A program made the position numbers and the translations under genes. From Longimicrobiales bacterium (GTDB lineage Bacteria > Gemmatimonadota > Gemmatimonadetes > Longimicrobiales > Gaopeijiaceae): a stretch of 64,000 nt of DNA. This document shows positions 11,945 to 21,657 of this stretch, piece by piece. The notes under the pieces are model-generated. The model had not been told where the DNA came from. It was given only the letters and a program-made list of their open reading frames with translations, and searched no databases. The stretch lies in the NCBI GenBank assembly GCA_965218295.1, contig CBDCKN010000006.1, positions 8,712 to 72,711 of the forward strand, read 5' to 3'. Position 1 is the stretch's first letter. Each line of letters begins with the position of its first letter.

Positions 11945-12244
11945 CTCTCGGGCGGTCAGCAGCAGCGTGTGGCCGTAGCCCGCGCTATCGTGGGCAGGCC
12001 CCTCATCCTGCTGGCGGACGAGCCGACGGGTAACCTGGACTCGAAGAACGGCAACGCGGTCATGGACCTGATGCGTGAGCTCCACGACGAAAGGGCTACG
12101 ATCTGCATAGTGACGCACGATCCGCGTTACGCCACGGTGGCGGAGCGCTCGGTGCATCTCTTCGACGGCCAGGTCGTCGACGAGGAGGACGCCAAGCGGG
12201 CGGAGCATGCGCATGAGCTCGAAGAGAGCGGCTTCGACGTCTAG
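11945..12244 (+). pseudogene. C-terminal remnant of a MacB/LolD-like ABC ATP-binding protein
   Basis: Begins abruptly at LSGGQQQRVAVARA..LLADEPTGNLD..VTHD. There is no Walker A, and the fragment starts only about 15 bp after the adaptor stop. Confidence 0.85.
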
Positions 12245-12284
12245 CGGAAGCGCTGTCCATCTCGACGTTGACGGGCTCCCCCGA

Positions 12285-12344
12285 GTGTCCGATTTTGGGA
12301 CACCCACTCCTGAGGAGGGGAGCTTGGGAGGCACGATCGCTGCC
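12285..12344 (+). promoter_or_regulatory. palindromic activator site plus sigma-54 promoter
   Basis: GTGTCC-N7-GGACAC at 12285-12303; AGGCACGATCGCTGCC at 12329-12344 has exact GG-N10-GC spacing. Confidence 0.6.
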
Positions 12345-12401
12345 TGAGGGAAGCCTGTCTCCAACGCCCGCCATCGAGTAACTCATTCAACTCCTGGAAC
12401 C

Positions 12402-13075
12402 ATGGCACTGATCAAGACGAGGGGAATCGAGAAGTCGTACAAGACCGGGGCGGGCGAGACGTTCGTCCTGCGACGGATCGATCTGGAGATCGGTGCGGGT
12501 GATTTCGTGACCATCATGGGTCCCTCGGGAGCCGGTAAGTCGACGCTGCTGTCCATTCTCGGGATGCTCGACGGTGACTGGCGTGGAGAGTACTGGCTCG
12601 GCGACGAGCCGGTCCACGCCATGCGCCCACGGTCCCGCATCGAGCTGAACAAGCGCTACATCGGCTTCGTTTTCCAGCAATATCACCTGCTCGACGATCT
12701 CTCGGTCTACGAGAACATCGAGATCCCGCTCTCGTACCGGAACGTGAAGCGCCAGGAGCGTCAGGCCATCGTGGCGGACTCGTTGGATCGGTTCCCAGAT
12801 CGTGGGGAAGAAGGACCTCTATCCGACCCAGCTCTCTGGCGGTCAGCAGCAGCTCGTCGCTGTAGCCCGGGCCGTCATCGCCGAGCCGAAGGTGATCCTG
12901 GCCGACGAGCCCACGGGCAGCCTCCACTCGAGCCAGGGCCGCATGATCATGGATCTCCTGGCCCAGCTCAACGGTGAGGGGACCACGATCATCCAGGGTC
13001 ACCCACAACGAGGACTATGCTGCCTACGGGGAGCGCATCATCCAGCTGAAGGACGGCTGGATCGTGGACGAATAG
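12402..13075 (+). CDS. ABC ATP-binding protein (LolD/MacB-like) with two +1 frameshifts (about 12795 and 12997)
   Basis: GPSGAGKST, then LSGGQQQ/ADEPTG, then [20 protein letters not shown], each in a successive frame; extra C in TTCCCAG and extra G in CAGGGTC. Confidence 0.85.
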
Positions 13076-13087
13076 GACTCTAGCAGC

Positions 13088-14476
13088 ATGGGTGCATCGG
13101 ACGCCCCCCGCGTTTTAGTCGCCGACGACCAGGCGGACGTCCTCGAGGCTCTACGCATCCTCCTGAAGGGCGAGGGGTTCGAGATCGTCACGGCGAGCTC
13201 GCCGTCGCGGATCCTCTCCAGCGTCGAGAAGACTGATTTCGACGCTGTCCTGATGGATCTGAACTACACCCTTGACACCACGTCCGGAGAGGAGGGCATG
13301 GACCTCCTCACACAGCTCCGCAGCCTCGATGCGAACCTTCCGGTTCTGGTGATGACGGCCTGGAGCAGCGTGGACGGGGCGGTAGACGCCATGCGCCGAG
13401 GGGCCAGGGACTACGTCGAGAAGCCGTGGGACAACGAGCGGTTGGTGAAGACCCTCAGGACCCAGGTCGAGCTCGGGAGAGCTCTACGCCGCGGTCAGCT
13501 CCTGGAGGACGAGAATCGGCTTCTCCGGGGCAAGGACACACCCGACTTCATTGCCCACTCCAAGGTCATGGAGCCGGTACTCCGCATCATGGAGCGAGTG
13601 GGGCCATCAGAGGCGAACGTCCTCATCACCGGCGAGCACGGGACCGGAAAAGAGGTTGTGGCGCGCTGGCTCCACGTGGTGTCCGAGCGTTCCAAGAACA
13701 CCCTCGTTGCCGTCAACGCGGGCGGATTTTCCGAGGGGGTGTTCGAGAGCGAGCTCTTCGGCCATGTGAAGGGGGCCTTTACGGACGCAAAGACCGACCG
13801 GATCGGGTTTTTCGAGCTCGCTCATCAAGGCACGATCTTCCTGGACGAAATCTCCAACATCTCGCTGCAGCAGCAAGCGAAACTCCTCCGGGTTTTGGAG
13901 ACCGGTGAGATCCAGCGGGTGGGGTCGTCGAAGATCCGCCACGTGGATGTTCGGCTTCTTTCGGCCACCAACGCCAATCTCGCCGAGGTGATGGCCGGGG
14001 GTCACTTCCGGGAGGACCTGCTCTATCGGCTGAATACTGTGGAGATTCAACTTCCGCCCCTGCGGGAGCGCCGAGAGGACATCTCCAGTCTGGCCCTCCA
14101 CTTCCTGGAGCGGCAACGCTCCCGATATGGACGCCAGGTAGAGGGTTTCGCCGACGACGCCATGCAGGCTCTCATGAGCCATCCGTGGCCGGGCAACGTC
14201 CGGGAGCTGGAGCACGCGGTCGAGCGGGCCATGTTAATGGCCCAGGGTGACCGCATCCGCGCGGAGGACCTGGGGCTCCGGCCCCGCAGCGGAGGCGGGC
14301 CCAAGATGGATGATCTCACCCTGGACGAGGCGGAGCGGCTCCTCATCGAGCGGGCCCTGAGCCGAAACGACGGCAACGTGTCCAAGGCGGCCGAGGATCT
14401 CGGACTGAGTCGCAGCGCCCTCTATCGACGACTGCAGCGCTTCGACCTCCGCGGCGAGCCGGACCAGGACCTCTAG
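13088..14476 (+). CDS. sigma-54-dependent response regulator (NtrC family: REC-AAA+-Fis HTH)
   Basis: REC domain (VADD, LMDLN), GEHGTGKE, ESELFGHVKGAFTDA, WPGNVREL, LGLSRSALYRRL. Confidence 0.95.
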   Translation: MGASDAPRVLVADDQADVLEALRILLKGEGFEIVTASSPSRILSSVEKTDFDAVLMDLNYTLDTTSGEEGMDLLTQLRSLDANLPVLVMTAWSSVDGAVDAMRRGARDYVEKPWDNERLVKTLRTQVELGRALRRGQLLEDENRLLRGKDTPDFIAHSKVMEPVLRIMERVGPSEANVLITGEHGTGKEVVARWLHVVSERSKNTLVAVNAGGFSEGVFESELFGHVKGAFTDAKTDRIGFFELAHQGTIFLDEISNISLQQQAKLLRVLETGEIQRVGSSKIRHVDVRLLSATNANLAEVMAGGHFREDLLYRLNTVEIQLPPLRERREDISSLALHFLERQRSRYGRQVEGFADDAMQALMSHPWPGNVRELEHAVERAMLMAQGDRIRAEDLGLRPRSGGGPKMDDLTLDEAERLLIERALSRNDGNVSKAAEDLGLSRSALYRRLQRFDLRGEPDQDL

Positions 14477-14485
14477 GAGGAGCGT

Positions 14486-15883
14486 ATGAGACGGTGGTGG
14501 GAGCTGGTTCGCCATGACCACCGTATCGTGCTTCTGGTTCTCATGGCGGGCCTGCCGGGCATGGCCCTCGCCCTCGGTTTCCTGTGGCTGGGACCCTACT
14601 CCGCACGTCTCCAGTGGACCCTGTCGGTGGTCCTTTTCGGGAGCTGGTTCGGATTCACCTATGCGGTGCGGGAACGTGTCGTCCGTCCACTTCAGACGCT
14701 CTCCAACATGCTGGCGGCACTCCGGGAGGGGGACTTCTCCATTCGGGTCCGGGGGGCCGGTACCAAGGGACCCCTGGCCATCACGTACCTGGAGGCGAAC
14801 GCCCTCGAGGAGGTCTTGAGGGAGCAACGACTCGGAGCGGTCGAGGCGACGGCGCTCCTACGGAAGGTCTTGGAGGAGGTGGACCTCGCCGTGTTCGCTT
14901 TCGACGAAGAGGAGACCCTGCGACTGCTAAACCGCGCGGGTGAGAAGCTCCTGGGCCAGCCGAGCGAGCGCGTAATCGGTAGGTCTGCTGCTGAGCTTCG
15001 CCTCAGCGAAACCCTCTACGGTGTGGCGCCCCGCACTGTGGAGCTCAGCCATGCCGGTGGCATGGGCCGCTGGGAGCTACGCCGCACGGTGGTACGTCAG
15101 GAAGGACAGCCCCTGAGCCTCATCGTGCTCTCAGACCTGAGCCGGGCCCTACGAGAAGAGGAGCGCCAGGCCTGGAAGCGGATCATCCGGGTCCTGAGCC
15201 ACGAGATCAACAACTCGCTGGCGCCTATCAAGTCCATCGCCGGAAGCCTCCAGAGCCTGACGCAACGGAACGCGCTCCCTCCCGAGATCGAGGAGGACGT
15301 GGGCAGTGGCCTGAAGGTCATCTCGGGTCGGGCGGAATCCCTCGGCCGCTTCATGGCCTCATACGCGCAGCTTGCCAGGCTTCCCGAGCCCCAACTCGCT
15401 CCGGTGGAGGTGGAAGCCCTGGTGCGCCGCATCGTGGCCGTCGAGACGCGCATGGACGTGGGAGTCAAGCCGGGACCGGAGGTCACGATCCAGGCCGACG
15501 CCGATCAACTGGAGCAGCTTCTCATCAACCTGGTCCGAAACGCTGTGGACGCAGCTCTCGAGACCGACGGCCGGGTGAGCTTCTCGTGGACGTTGGTGGT
15601 GAACCACCTCCACGTCCTGGTGGAGGACGAGGGACCGGGGCTTCCGGGCGATAAGGGCAACCTCTTCGTTCCGTTCTACACCACAAAGCCGGGGGGAAGT
15701 GGGATCGGCCTCGCCCTCTGCCGCCAGATCGCGGAAGGGCACGGCGGAACGCTGACGCTCGAGAACCGCTCGAATGGCAAGGGCGCCCGGGCACGCCTCA
15801 CCATCCCGCTGGACCTGGGATCTTCCGAGGCTGTGGCGTCCCTGGCGCTTCCTAACCGGCCACGACCTCCAGAAGGGCGCTGA
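14486..15883 (+). CDS. sensor histidine kinase (2 TM, PAS-like, HATPase)
   Basis: HEINNSL H-box, NLVRNA N-box, DEGPG, FYTTK, GSGIGL. Confidence 0.93.
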   Translation: MRRWWELVRHDHRIVLLVLMAGLPGMALALGFLWLGPYSARLQWTLSVVLFGSWFGFTYAVRERVVRPLQTLSNMLAALREGDFSIRVRGAGTKGPLAITYLEANALEEVLREQRLGAVEATALLRKVLEEVDLAVFAFDEEETLRLLNRAGEKLLGQPSERVIGRSAAELRLSETLYGVAPRTVELSHAGGMGRWELRRTVVRQEGQPLSLIVLSDLSRALREEERQAWKRIIRVLSHEINNSLAPIKSIAGSLQSLTQRNALPPEIEEDVGSGLKVISGRAESLGRFMASYAQLARLPEPQLAPVEVEALVRRIVAVETRMDVGVKPGPEVTIQADADQLEQLLINLVRNAVDAALETDGRVSFSWTLVVNHLHVLVEDEGPGLPGDKGNLFVPFYTTKPGGSGIGLALCRQIAEGHGGTLTLENRSNGKGARARLTIPLDLGSSEAVASLALPNRPRPPEGR

Positions 15884-16424
15884 TCTTGTCGGGCGAGGCG
15901 TCGTGGAGGAAGCTCTCGGCCACCTGTCCCTCCCGGTCGATCAGAAAGGTCCTGGCCGAGTGATCGAACATCGAGTCGTCCCCAGTGCTCCCCTCGAAGT
16001 AGACGCCATACGCATCGGCTACCATTCGTATCTCCTCAACCGTGCCTCGGAGCCCGAGGAAGTCCGGATCGAGGGCCCCCAGGTACTGGGACAATCGCTC
16101 AGCCGAGTCCCGCTCGGGATCCACCGTGACGAAGAGGACCTGGACCGCGCTTCCGGTGGCCGCTCTCGCTTCGGCCAGCTTGGCCAGCGTGAGGGGGCAG
16201 ACGTCCGGGCAATAGGTGTACCCGAAGAAGATCGCCACCGCCTGCCCTCGGAAGCCGGACAGTGAGATGCTCTCACCGTCGTGGCCCGTGAGGGAAAAGT
16301 CCGGGGCGCGGTAGGGCTGGAACCCCGTGGATACAGCCGGGCCCTGATCTCGAGGCCATACTACGGCCAGGGCCACGATCAGGGCTGCGAGGGTGCTCAG
16401 GAGGACCCGGAGGAGTCGCCTCAT
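15852..16424 (-). CDS. SCO1/SenC family copper chaperone
   Basis: FGYTYCPDVCP (CxxxC), VTVDPERD, DHS. Confidence 0.93.
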   Translation of the reverse strand: MRRLLRVLLSTLAALIVALAVVWPRDQGPAVSTGFQPYRAPDFSLTGHDGESISLSGFRGQAVAIFFGYTYCPDVCPLTLAKLAEARAATGSAVQVLFVTVDPERDSAERLSQYLGALDPDFLGLRGTVEEIRMVADAYGVYFEGSTGDDSMFDHSARTFLIDREGQVAESFLHDASPDKISALLEVVAG

Positions 16425-16715
16425 GCGGATCGGACCGCAGCCGTCGAGTATGCATCGAAGGAGGGGCTGAATCGGGGAGATACCATCAGAATCCGCCGCC
16501 GGCTTCTCGAGCGAAACCGGAGGAGCGGGTGCTCGGCTTCCACCTGCGGATGCGTTCTCGGCATTACCATCGACGATCGCTGGCCATTGCCCGTGGGTGC
16601 TGCTCCAGACGTGGCCTGCAAATCACCCCATTCCCTGTGGCTTGTCAAGTGGACTGGGAGGGGTGGATGATGGTCTCTTGATGCAACGCCACCGTTCACC
16701 AAGGAGAACACGACC

Positions 16716-16858
16716 CGGCCAGTCGAGGGCACGGTGCATCCGTGGGGTCGGCGTTGGGACTCCATACCGTAGCTTGCGCTACGCCGCGTCGTCCCGCCTT
16801 GATCCCACGGCGCCCCGACCCTCTTGGTGGCTCGCGAACTTCGGCAACGGAACACTAG
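16716..16858 (+). repeat. CTAG-bounded MITE-like element, subfamily A, left end missing
   Basis: Near-identical to 29707-29849; ends ...GCGAACTTCGGCAACGGAACACTAG. Confidence 0.85.
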
Positions 16859-17059
16859 GAGGTGCGCGCTCGCGCCGGGGGCCAATGCAACGAGGTCTTT
16901 GCGGGGCCATGAGCGTCCATTTAACTTGGCTAAGGGAAACCGGCGGTCGCCGTTGCCACCGTCGAACCCGTTCGCGCGGAACAACTTGGTCGATTCTCCC
17001 GGGAATCGCCGAGGTCCAGATTCTGCGGAGGCTCACGTGACTCGGAGACTGGCCCAGCG

Positions 17060-17965
17060 ATGAACGATGGCGGACACCGACCCACGAAGGTTCTTCTCGT
17101 GGAGGCCGGGCCGTCGCATCTCGATCCCCTCAAGGAGGCGTTCGAGAGCGCGTCGGGACCATCCATGGAAGTCGAATGGGCCGGCGAGATGTCCGGGGCT
17201 CTCGAGCTCCTTTCCGAGGGCGGCATCGATGCCGTGATCCTCGATCCCGAGCTCCCCGACAGTCAGGGGCTCCCGAGCTTCGAGCGCATGTATGCCTTCG
17301 CTCCCCACATACCGATCATCGTCCTCACCAAGGATGACGACGAGGAGCTGGCGGTTCGGACGGTCCAGGGTGGAGCGCAGGACTGCATGGCCATGCGGGA
17401 GGCCGAGCCGAACGTTCTCGTGCGCTCCGTCCGCTACGCCATCGAGCGACACCGGCTGCTCTCGGCTCTACGGAGCCTGTCCCTCATCGACGACCTGACC
17501 AACCTGTACAACAGACGCGGGTTCAGCGACCTGGGCGAGCAGTACCTGAAGCTGGCCCGCCGAACGTCCAGGGGCGTGTCGCTCATATATCTGGACATCG
17601 ACCGCTTCAAGACGATCAACGACACCCTGGGGCATCACGTGGGCGACCGCGCTCTGCGCTCTGTGGCGGACACACTTCGGGAGACCTTCCGACGCTCGGA
17701 CATTGTCGCCCGCATGGGCGGGGACGAGTTCGCCGTCCTGGCCATGGAGGCGTCGGGTGAAGATGCCGCACAGCTCGTCGAGCGACTCCGGAAGGAGCTG
17801 GACGAGCTCAACGAGCACACCAAGGAGCAGTTCCAACTCTCGGTGAGCGTCGGCACCACGCGGTACGTGGGTGAGGACGTCACGAGCCTCGATGATCTCC
17901 TCGCCAAGGCGGACGCAGCTATGTACGCCGAGAAGCGAGGCAAGAGAAGGGCATTGGTGCCCTGA
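17060..17965 (+). CDS. REC-GGDEF diguanylate cyclase
   Basis: DDLTNLYNRR, DIDRFKTINDTLGHHVGD, RRSD I-site, intact GGDEF. Confidence 0.93.
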   Translation: MNDGGHRPTKVLLVEAGPSHLDPLKEAFESASGPSMEVEWAGEMSGALELLSEGGIDAVILDPELPDSQGLPSFERMYAFAPHIPIIVLTKDDDEELAVRTVQGGAQDCMAMREAEPNVLVRSVRYAIERHRLLSALRSLSLIDDLTNLYNRRGFSDLGEQYLKLARRTSRGVSLIYLDIDRFKTINDTLGHHVGDRALRSVADTLRETFRRSDIVARMGGDEFAVLAMEASGEDAAQLVERLRKELDELNEHTKEQFQLSVSVGTTRYVGEDVTSLDDLLAKADAAMYAEKRGKRRALVP

Positions 17966-17967
17966 TC

Positions 17968-20236
17968 GTGGACGAGATGACAACCGATCCTGTCGACGTT
18001 CCCGAGCCCGCGCTGGAGCTCGGAGACGAGGACATGGAAGAAGCTCAGGCCACGTCCGATCAGCAGGACGCCGACGTTCCCCCTGAGGCGGGCGGGGCCC
18101 AGGCGGTGGCTGCCGACGAGCGCACGCAGGAGTATACCCCCAAGCAGATACTCGCAGGCTTCGCCGGCAAAGCCGCACAAGCCGCAGCACGGCGGCGCAT
18201 CGCGAATGACCGCAGCACGGCGGCTCCCCCATCGTTCTCCGCGGACGAGGACGACGCCGAGGGCGAGGACGGGGATGAGGAGGTCACTTCCACCGTCGAC
18301 GAGCCCGGTTCGGTTCCGGCGGTGGCAGTCCCGGCGGCGGCCATCCACTGGCTGGCGCGGATCGCGGAGTGTGCTGGGCTCGAGGGTGAGCGTCCAGATC
18401 TCCCACCGGATGCGCCCGCCGTGGACGCATGGTCCGTCGTGAGTCGCAGCTACAAAATCGACGACGAGCGACTCTGCAATCTCGTCGCCGAGTACTTCCG
18501 CCTCGACGTAGTGGACTTCTCCGCCCGTGATCCGAATGCGGTTCTCCTGGTGCCGGAGCCCATGGCTCGCAAGCATTACATCTACCCGCTCTACGAGACG
18601 GATCGGCACCTGCTGGTGGCGACCTGTGACCCCACCGATGTGGAGGCCGAGCGGGCCCTGAGCTTCAGCACCGGCCGGACCACCATCTTCCAGGTCGCCT
18701 CACCCATCGCCATCCAGGAGGCGCTGGATGCCCGCTTCTCCCCCGAGCAGGCGATCAAGACCCTTCTCGACACGCTCGAAGCCGACGATATCGACGACGA
18801 CGCGGTCAAGCTGGTCGAGGAGATGGGCCCCGAGTCCATCTCCTCCGAGGATGCAGCGGCCACCCCGGTCGTGAAGCTCACAAACCTCGTCATCCGGGAC
18901 GCCATCGTGCAGGGCGCGTCGGACATCCACATCGAGCCCGGCCGGAAGGTGGGATCCCTGCCGGTGTCTCTGAGAAGTGCGTGATCCGGGTGCTGGACTC
19001 CAACGCCGCGCAAACCCTCGAGGACCTCACCCTTCCGAGACCTATGAGCTGGACCGGCTGCGGCAGCTTCTCAGCCTGCGCGAGGGCATCATCCTCGTTA
19101 CCGGGCCTACGGGATCCGGCAAAACGACGACTCTCTACGGGGCGCTTCGCGAACTGGCCGACGGTAAGGTCAACATCATGACCGTCGAGGATCCCATCGA
19201 GTACGAGCTTGCGCAAATCACGCAGACCCAGGTGGAGACGAAACAGGGCGTGACGTTCGGTCGTGCCCTGCGGGCGATTCTCCGGCAGGACCCCGACATC
19301 ATCCTGGTGGGTGAGATCCGGGATCACGAGACGGCCGAGACGGCGATCCATGCCGCCATGACGGGTCACCTCGTCCTGGCGACCGTCCATGCCAACGACG
19401 CCGTGAGCGCGGTCGCCCGGATGGCCGACATGGGAGTGCCTTACAGCACGATCTCGTCGACGCTTCGAGGCACCATCGCCCAGCGCCTCCTTCGCAGGGT
19501 GTGCGGTGCCTGTGCCGAGCCCGTGAGGGGCAAGCTCACTCCGGAGGAGCAGCGTCTCACGGAGCTGAACGAGATCGAGCCCATGGTTCGGGCCGTGGGC
19601 TGCGCGGACTGTGGCTTCACGGGCTACAGGGGGAGGATCCCGGTGAACGAGGTCTTGGTGGTCGGACCCCGTTTTCAGGTGGCCGTAGAAGCCCGCAAGG
19701 GGTGGCAGACGCTCCATCGGATCGCCGCGCAGGGCGGGATGCGGACGCTGCACCAGGTGGCCCTGGACTGGGTCACCCAGGGGAAGACGATCCTGGTGGA
19801 GGTAGAGCGGGCCATGGGCATCCAAGCTCCCGAGGACGAGATTGAGGAGGACACGGGTCCGGTCCGGGTTCTGGTGGTGGACGACGACGAAGAGGCCCGG
19901 ATCATGTACCACGCCATGCTGGAGACCGAAGGATACGTGGTATCCATGGCCAAGGACGGCTTCGAGGCTCTGGACATGCTCAAGCTCGATCCCGACTACA
20001 ACCTCGTCATCCTGGACCTGAGCATGCCCGGCCTGGACGGCCGCCAGGTTCTCGACCGCATTCGAGGCTCCAAGGACACGGCAGCCATTCCCGTTCTCGT
20101 GAGCACCGCCTTCGGGAACGAGAGCGTGGAGAAAGAGCTCCTGGAGGCCGGTGCCGACGACTATCTCGAGAAGTCCGTCGACGCGCAGCGCTTCATGGCC
20201 CGGGTCCGGGCTGTCCTAAGACGTGCCGTGATGTAG
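17968..20236 (+). pseudogene. GspE/PilB-family ATPase fused to C-terminal receiver domain; internal deletion and frameshift at about 18955-19045
   Basis: ASDIHIEP, EKCVIRVLD, GPTGSGKTT, LRQDPDIILVGEIRD, GHLVLATVH, CxxC pairs, then REC (VVDDD, LDLSMP, DDYLEK); the pieces lie in different frames. Confidence 0.85.
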
Positions 20237-20432
20237 CTCGCTGTTGCCGATCCGTCCGTTCGCCCCTTCTTTTTCACGGTCCGTCTCTCCCCCCAAAGGA
20301 CGCCGATCCATCACACCCCCGTAGTCATCCCCGTGACACACGTCCGGCTAGCGGTGTAGCGGGGTTGTTCCCGTCGTCTGCGCCCCTACGTTCTGGGGCG
20401 TCGCCGAGTGGACCATCCGAGAGACGAGGCAC

Positions 20433-21500
20433 ATGAAAGGCACTCTCAGGCACATTGTGGTAGCCGCGACGGTAGCCGCCTTTTCGACCCCCTTGCCAGC
20501 CTTGGGCCAGACGGAGATCCAGGCCCGGAATGCGAAGGTCACCATCGGGGGGCGCCTTCATGTCCAGTCGACCACATCTTCCGCTACGGACGCCACTTCC
20601 TTCGACTCCTTTCTTCGGCGAGCGCGTGTGTTCTTCGGGATCGAGATCACGGACTTCTTCGAGGCGCGCCTTCTACCGGACTTCGCCGGAGGCAAGGTCG
20701 CCCTGCAGGATGCCTACATCAGCCTCAACTTCGATCCGGCCTTCGAGGTTTCCGTCGGACAGCTCAAGCGAGCCTCGGAGGTCTTCGAGCTGAGCAGCAG
20801 CACGCAACTCTCCATCATCGAGCGGGACGGGCGCGTTCCCGGAGCAGGCGACTGCACGGGCATCGGCGGTGTCTGCACCTTCAGCCGGTTCACGCAGAAG
20901 CTCGAGTACTCGGAACGTGATATGGGACTACGGATCGCGGGGTCCGCAGGGCACTTCTCCTACATGGCTACCATGACTAACGGCACGGGCGTGAACGTGA
21001 AGGACGAGAACGACAGCAAGTCGTATTCGGGCCGCGCCGTGCTAGAGGTTGCCGACGATCTGGAGATCGGCGCCTTCGTCGGTCTCCACGACTATCCCGA
21101 CGCGACGGGCAATACCGACTACGGAACGGCCTTCGGCGCCGATCTGGAATGGGGTGGATGGTACGAGGGGTTGCACCTCCAGGCGGCCATGGTCGGGGGC
21201 GACAACTGGAAGGAGCTCGAGGCGTCGGGAGATCCGGCGCGCTTCCTCTCGGGTCAGGCGGTCCTCACGTACTACATCCCCATCGACTCGGACCGGTGGG
21301 CGGCAGTCGAGCCGCTGATTCGGATCAGCTGGGGAGATCCGGACACGGACGCTGCAGACGACGCGGCCTGGCTCATCACTCCGGGGCTGTCGCTGTTCGT
21401 CTCCGGCCGGAACAAGATCGGGACGAATCTCGACATCTATCTGCCCCAGGAGGGCGACTCCGAGATGTCGTTCAAGGTCCAGGCCTTCCTCTACTTCTGA
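20433..21500 (+). CDS. outer-membrane porin (OprO/OprP-like)
   Basis: Signal peptide, LRRARVFF, LQDAYI, VGQLK, C-terminal aromatic residue (YF). Confidence 0.75.
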   Translation: MKGTLRHIVVAATVAAFSTPLPALGQTEIQARNAKVTIGGRLHVQSTTSSATDATSFDSFLRRARVFFGIEITDFFEARLLPDFAGGKVALQDAYISLNFDPAFEVSVGQLKRASEVFELSSSTQLSIIERDGRVPGAGDCTGIGGVCTFSRFTQKLEYSERDMGLRIAGSAGHFSYMATMTNGTGVNVKDENDSKSYSGRAVLEVADDLEIGAFVGLHDYPDATGNTDYGTAFGADLEWGGWYEGLHLQAAMVGGDNWKELEASGDPARFLSGQAVLTYYIPIDSDRWAAVEPLIRISWGDPDTDAADDAAWLITPGLSLFVSGRNKIGTNLDIYLPQEGDSEMSFKVQAFLYF

Positions 21501-21657
21501 GCGGGCCCGGAGCCATCATTTCCGGCCGAGGACCGCCCGGCTTCGGCCCCCCCGAGGGGATCCTGTGAGCGGTCGGTTGGTAGATTGACAGGCGTGCCCC
21601 GAGCCTGCGAGGTTACTGGGCTTTGAAATCGCCACAATCCGAGGACTGACCGCCCAG

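Noticed and set aside
16424..16715. Gene upstream of SCO (for example a copper chaperone)
   Set aside because: No frame gave a recognisable protein.
20305..20340. Pho box upstream of the porin
   Set aside because: The GTCAT/TCACA-like words are not at 11-bp spacing.
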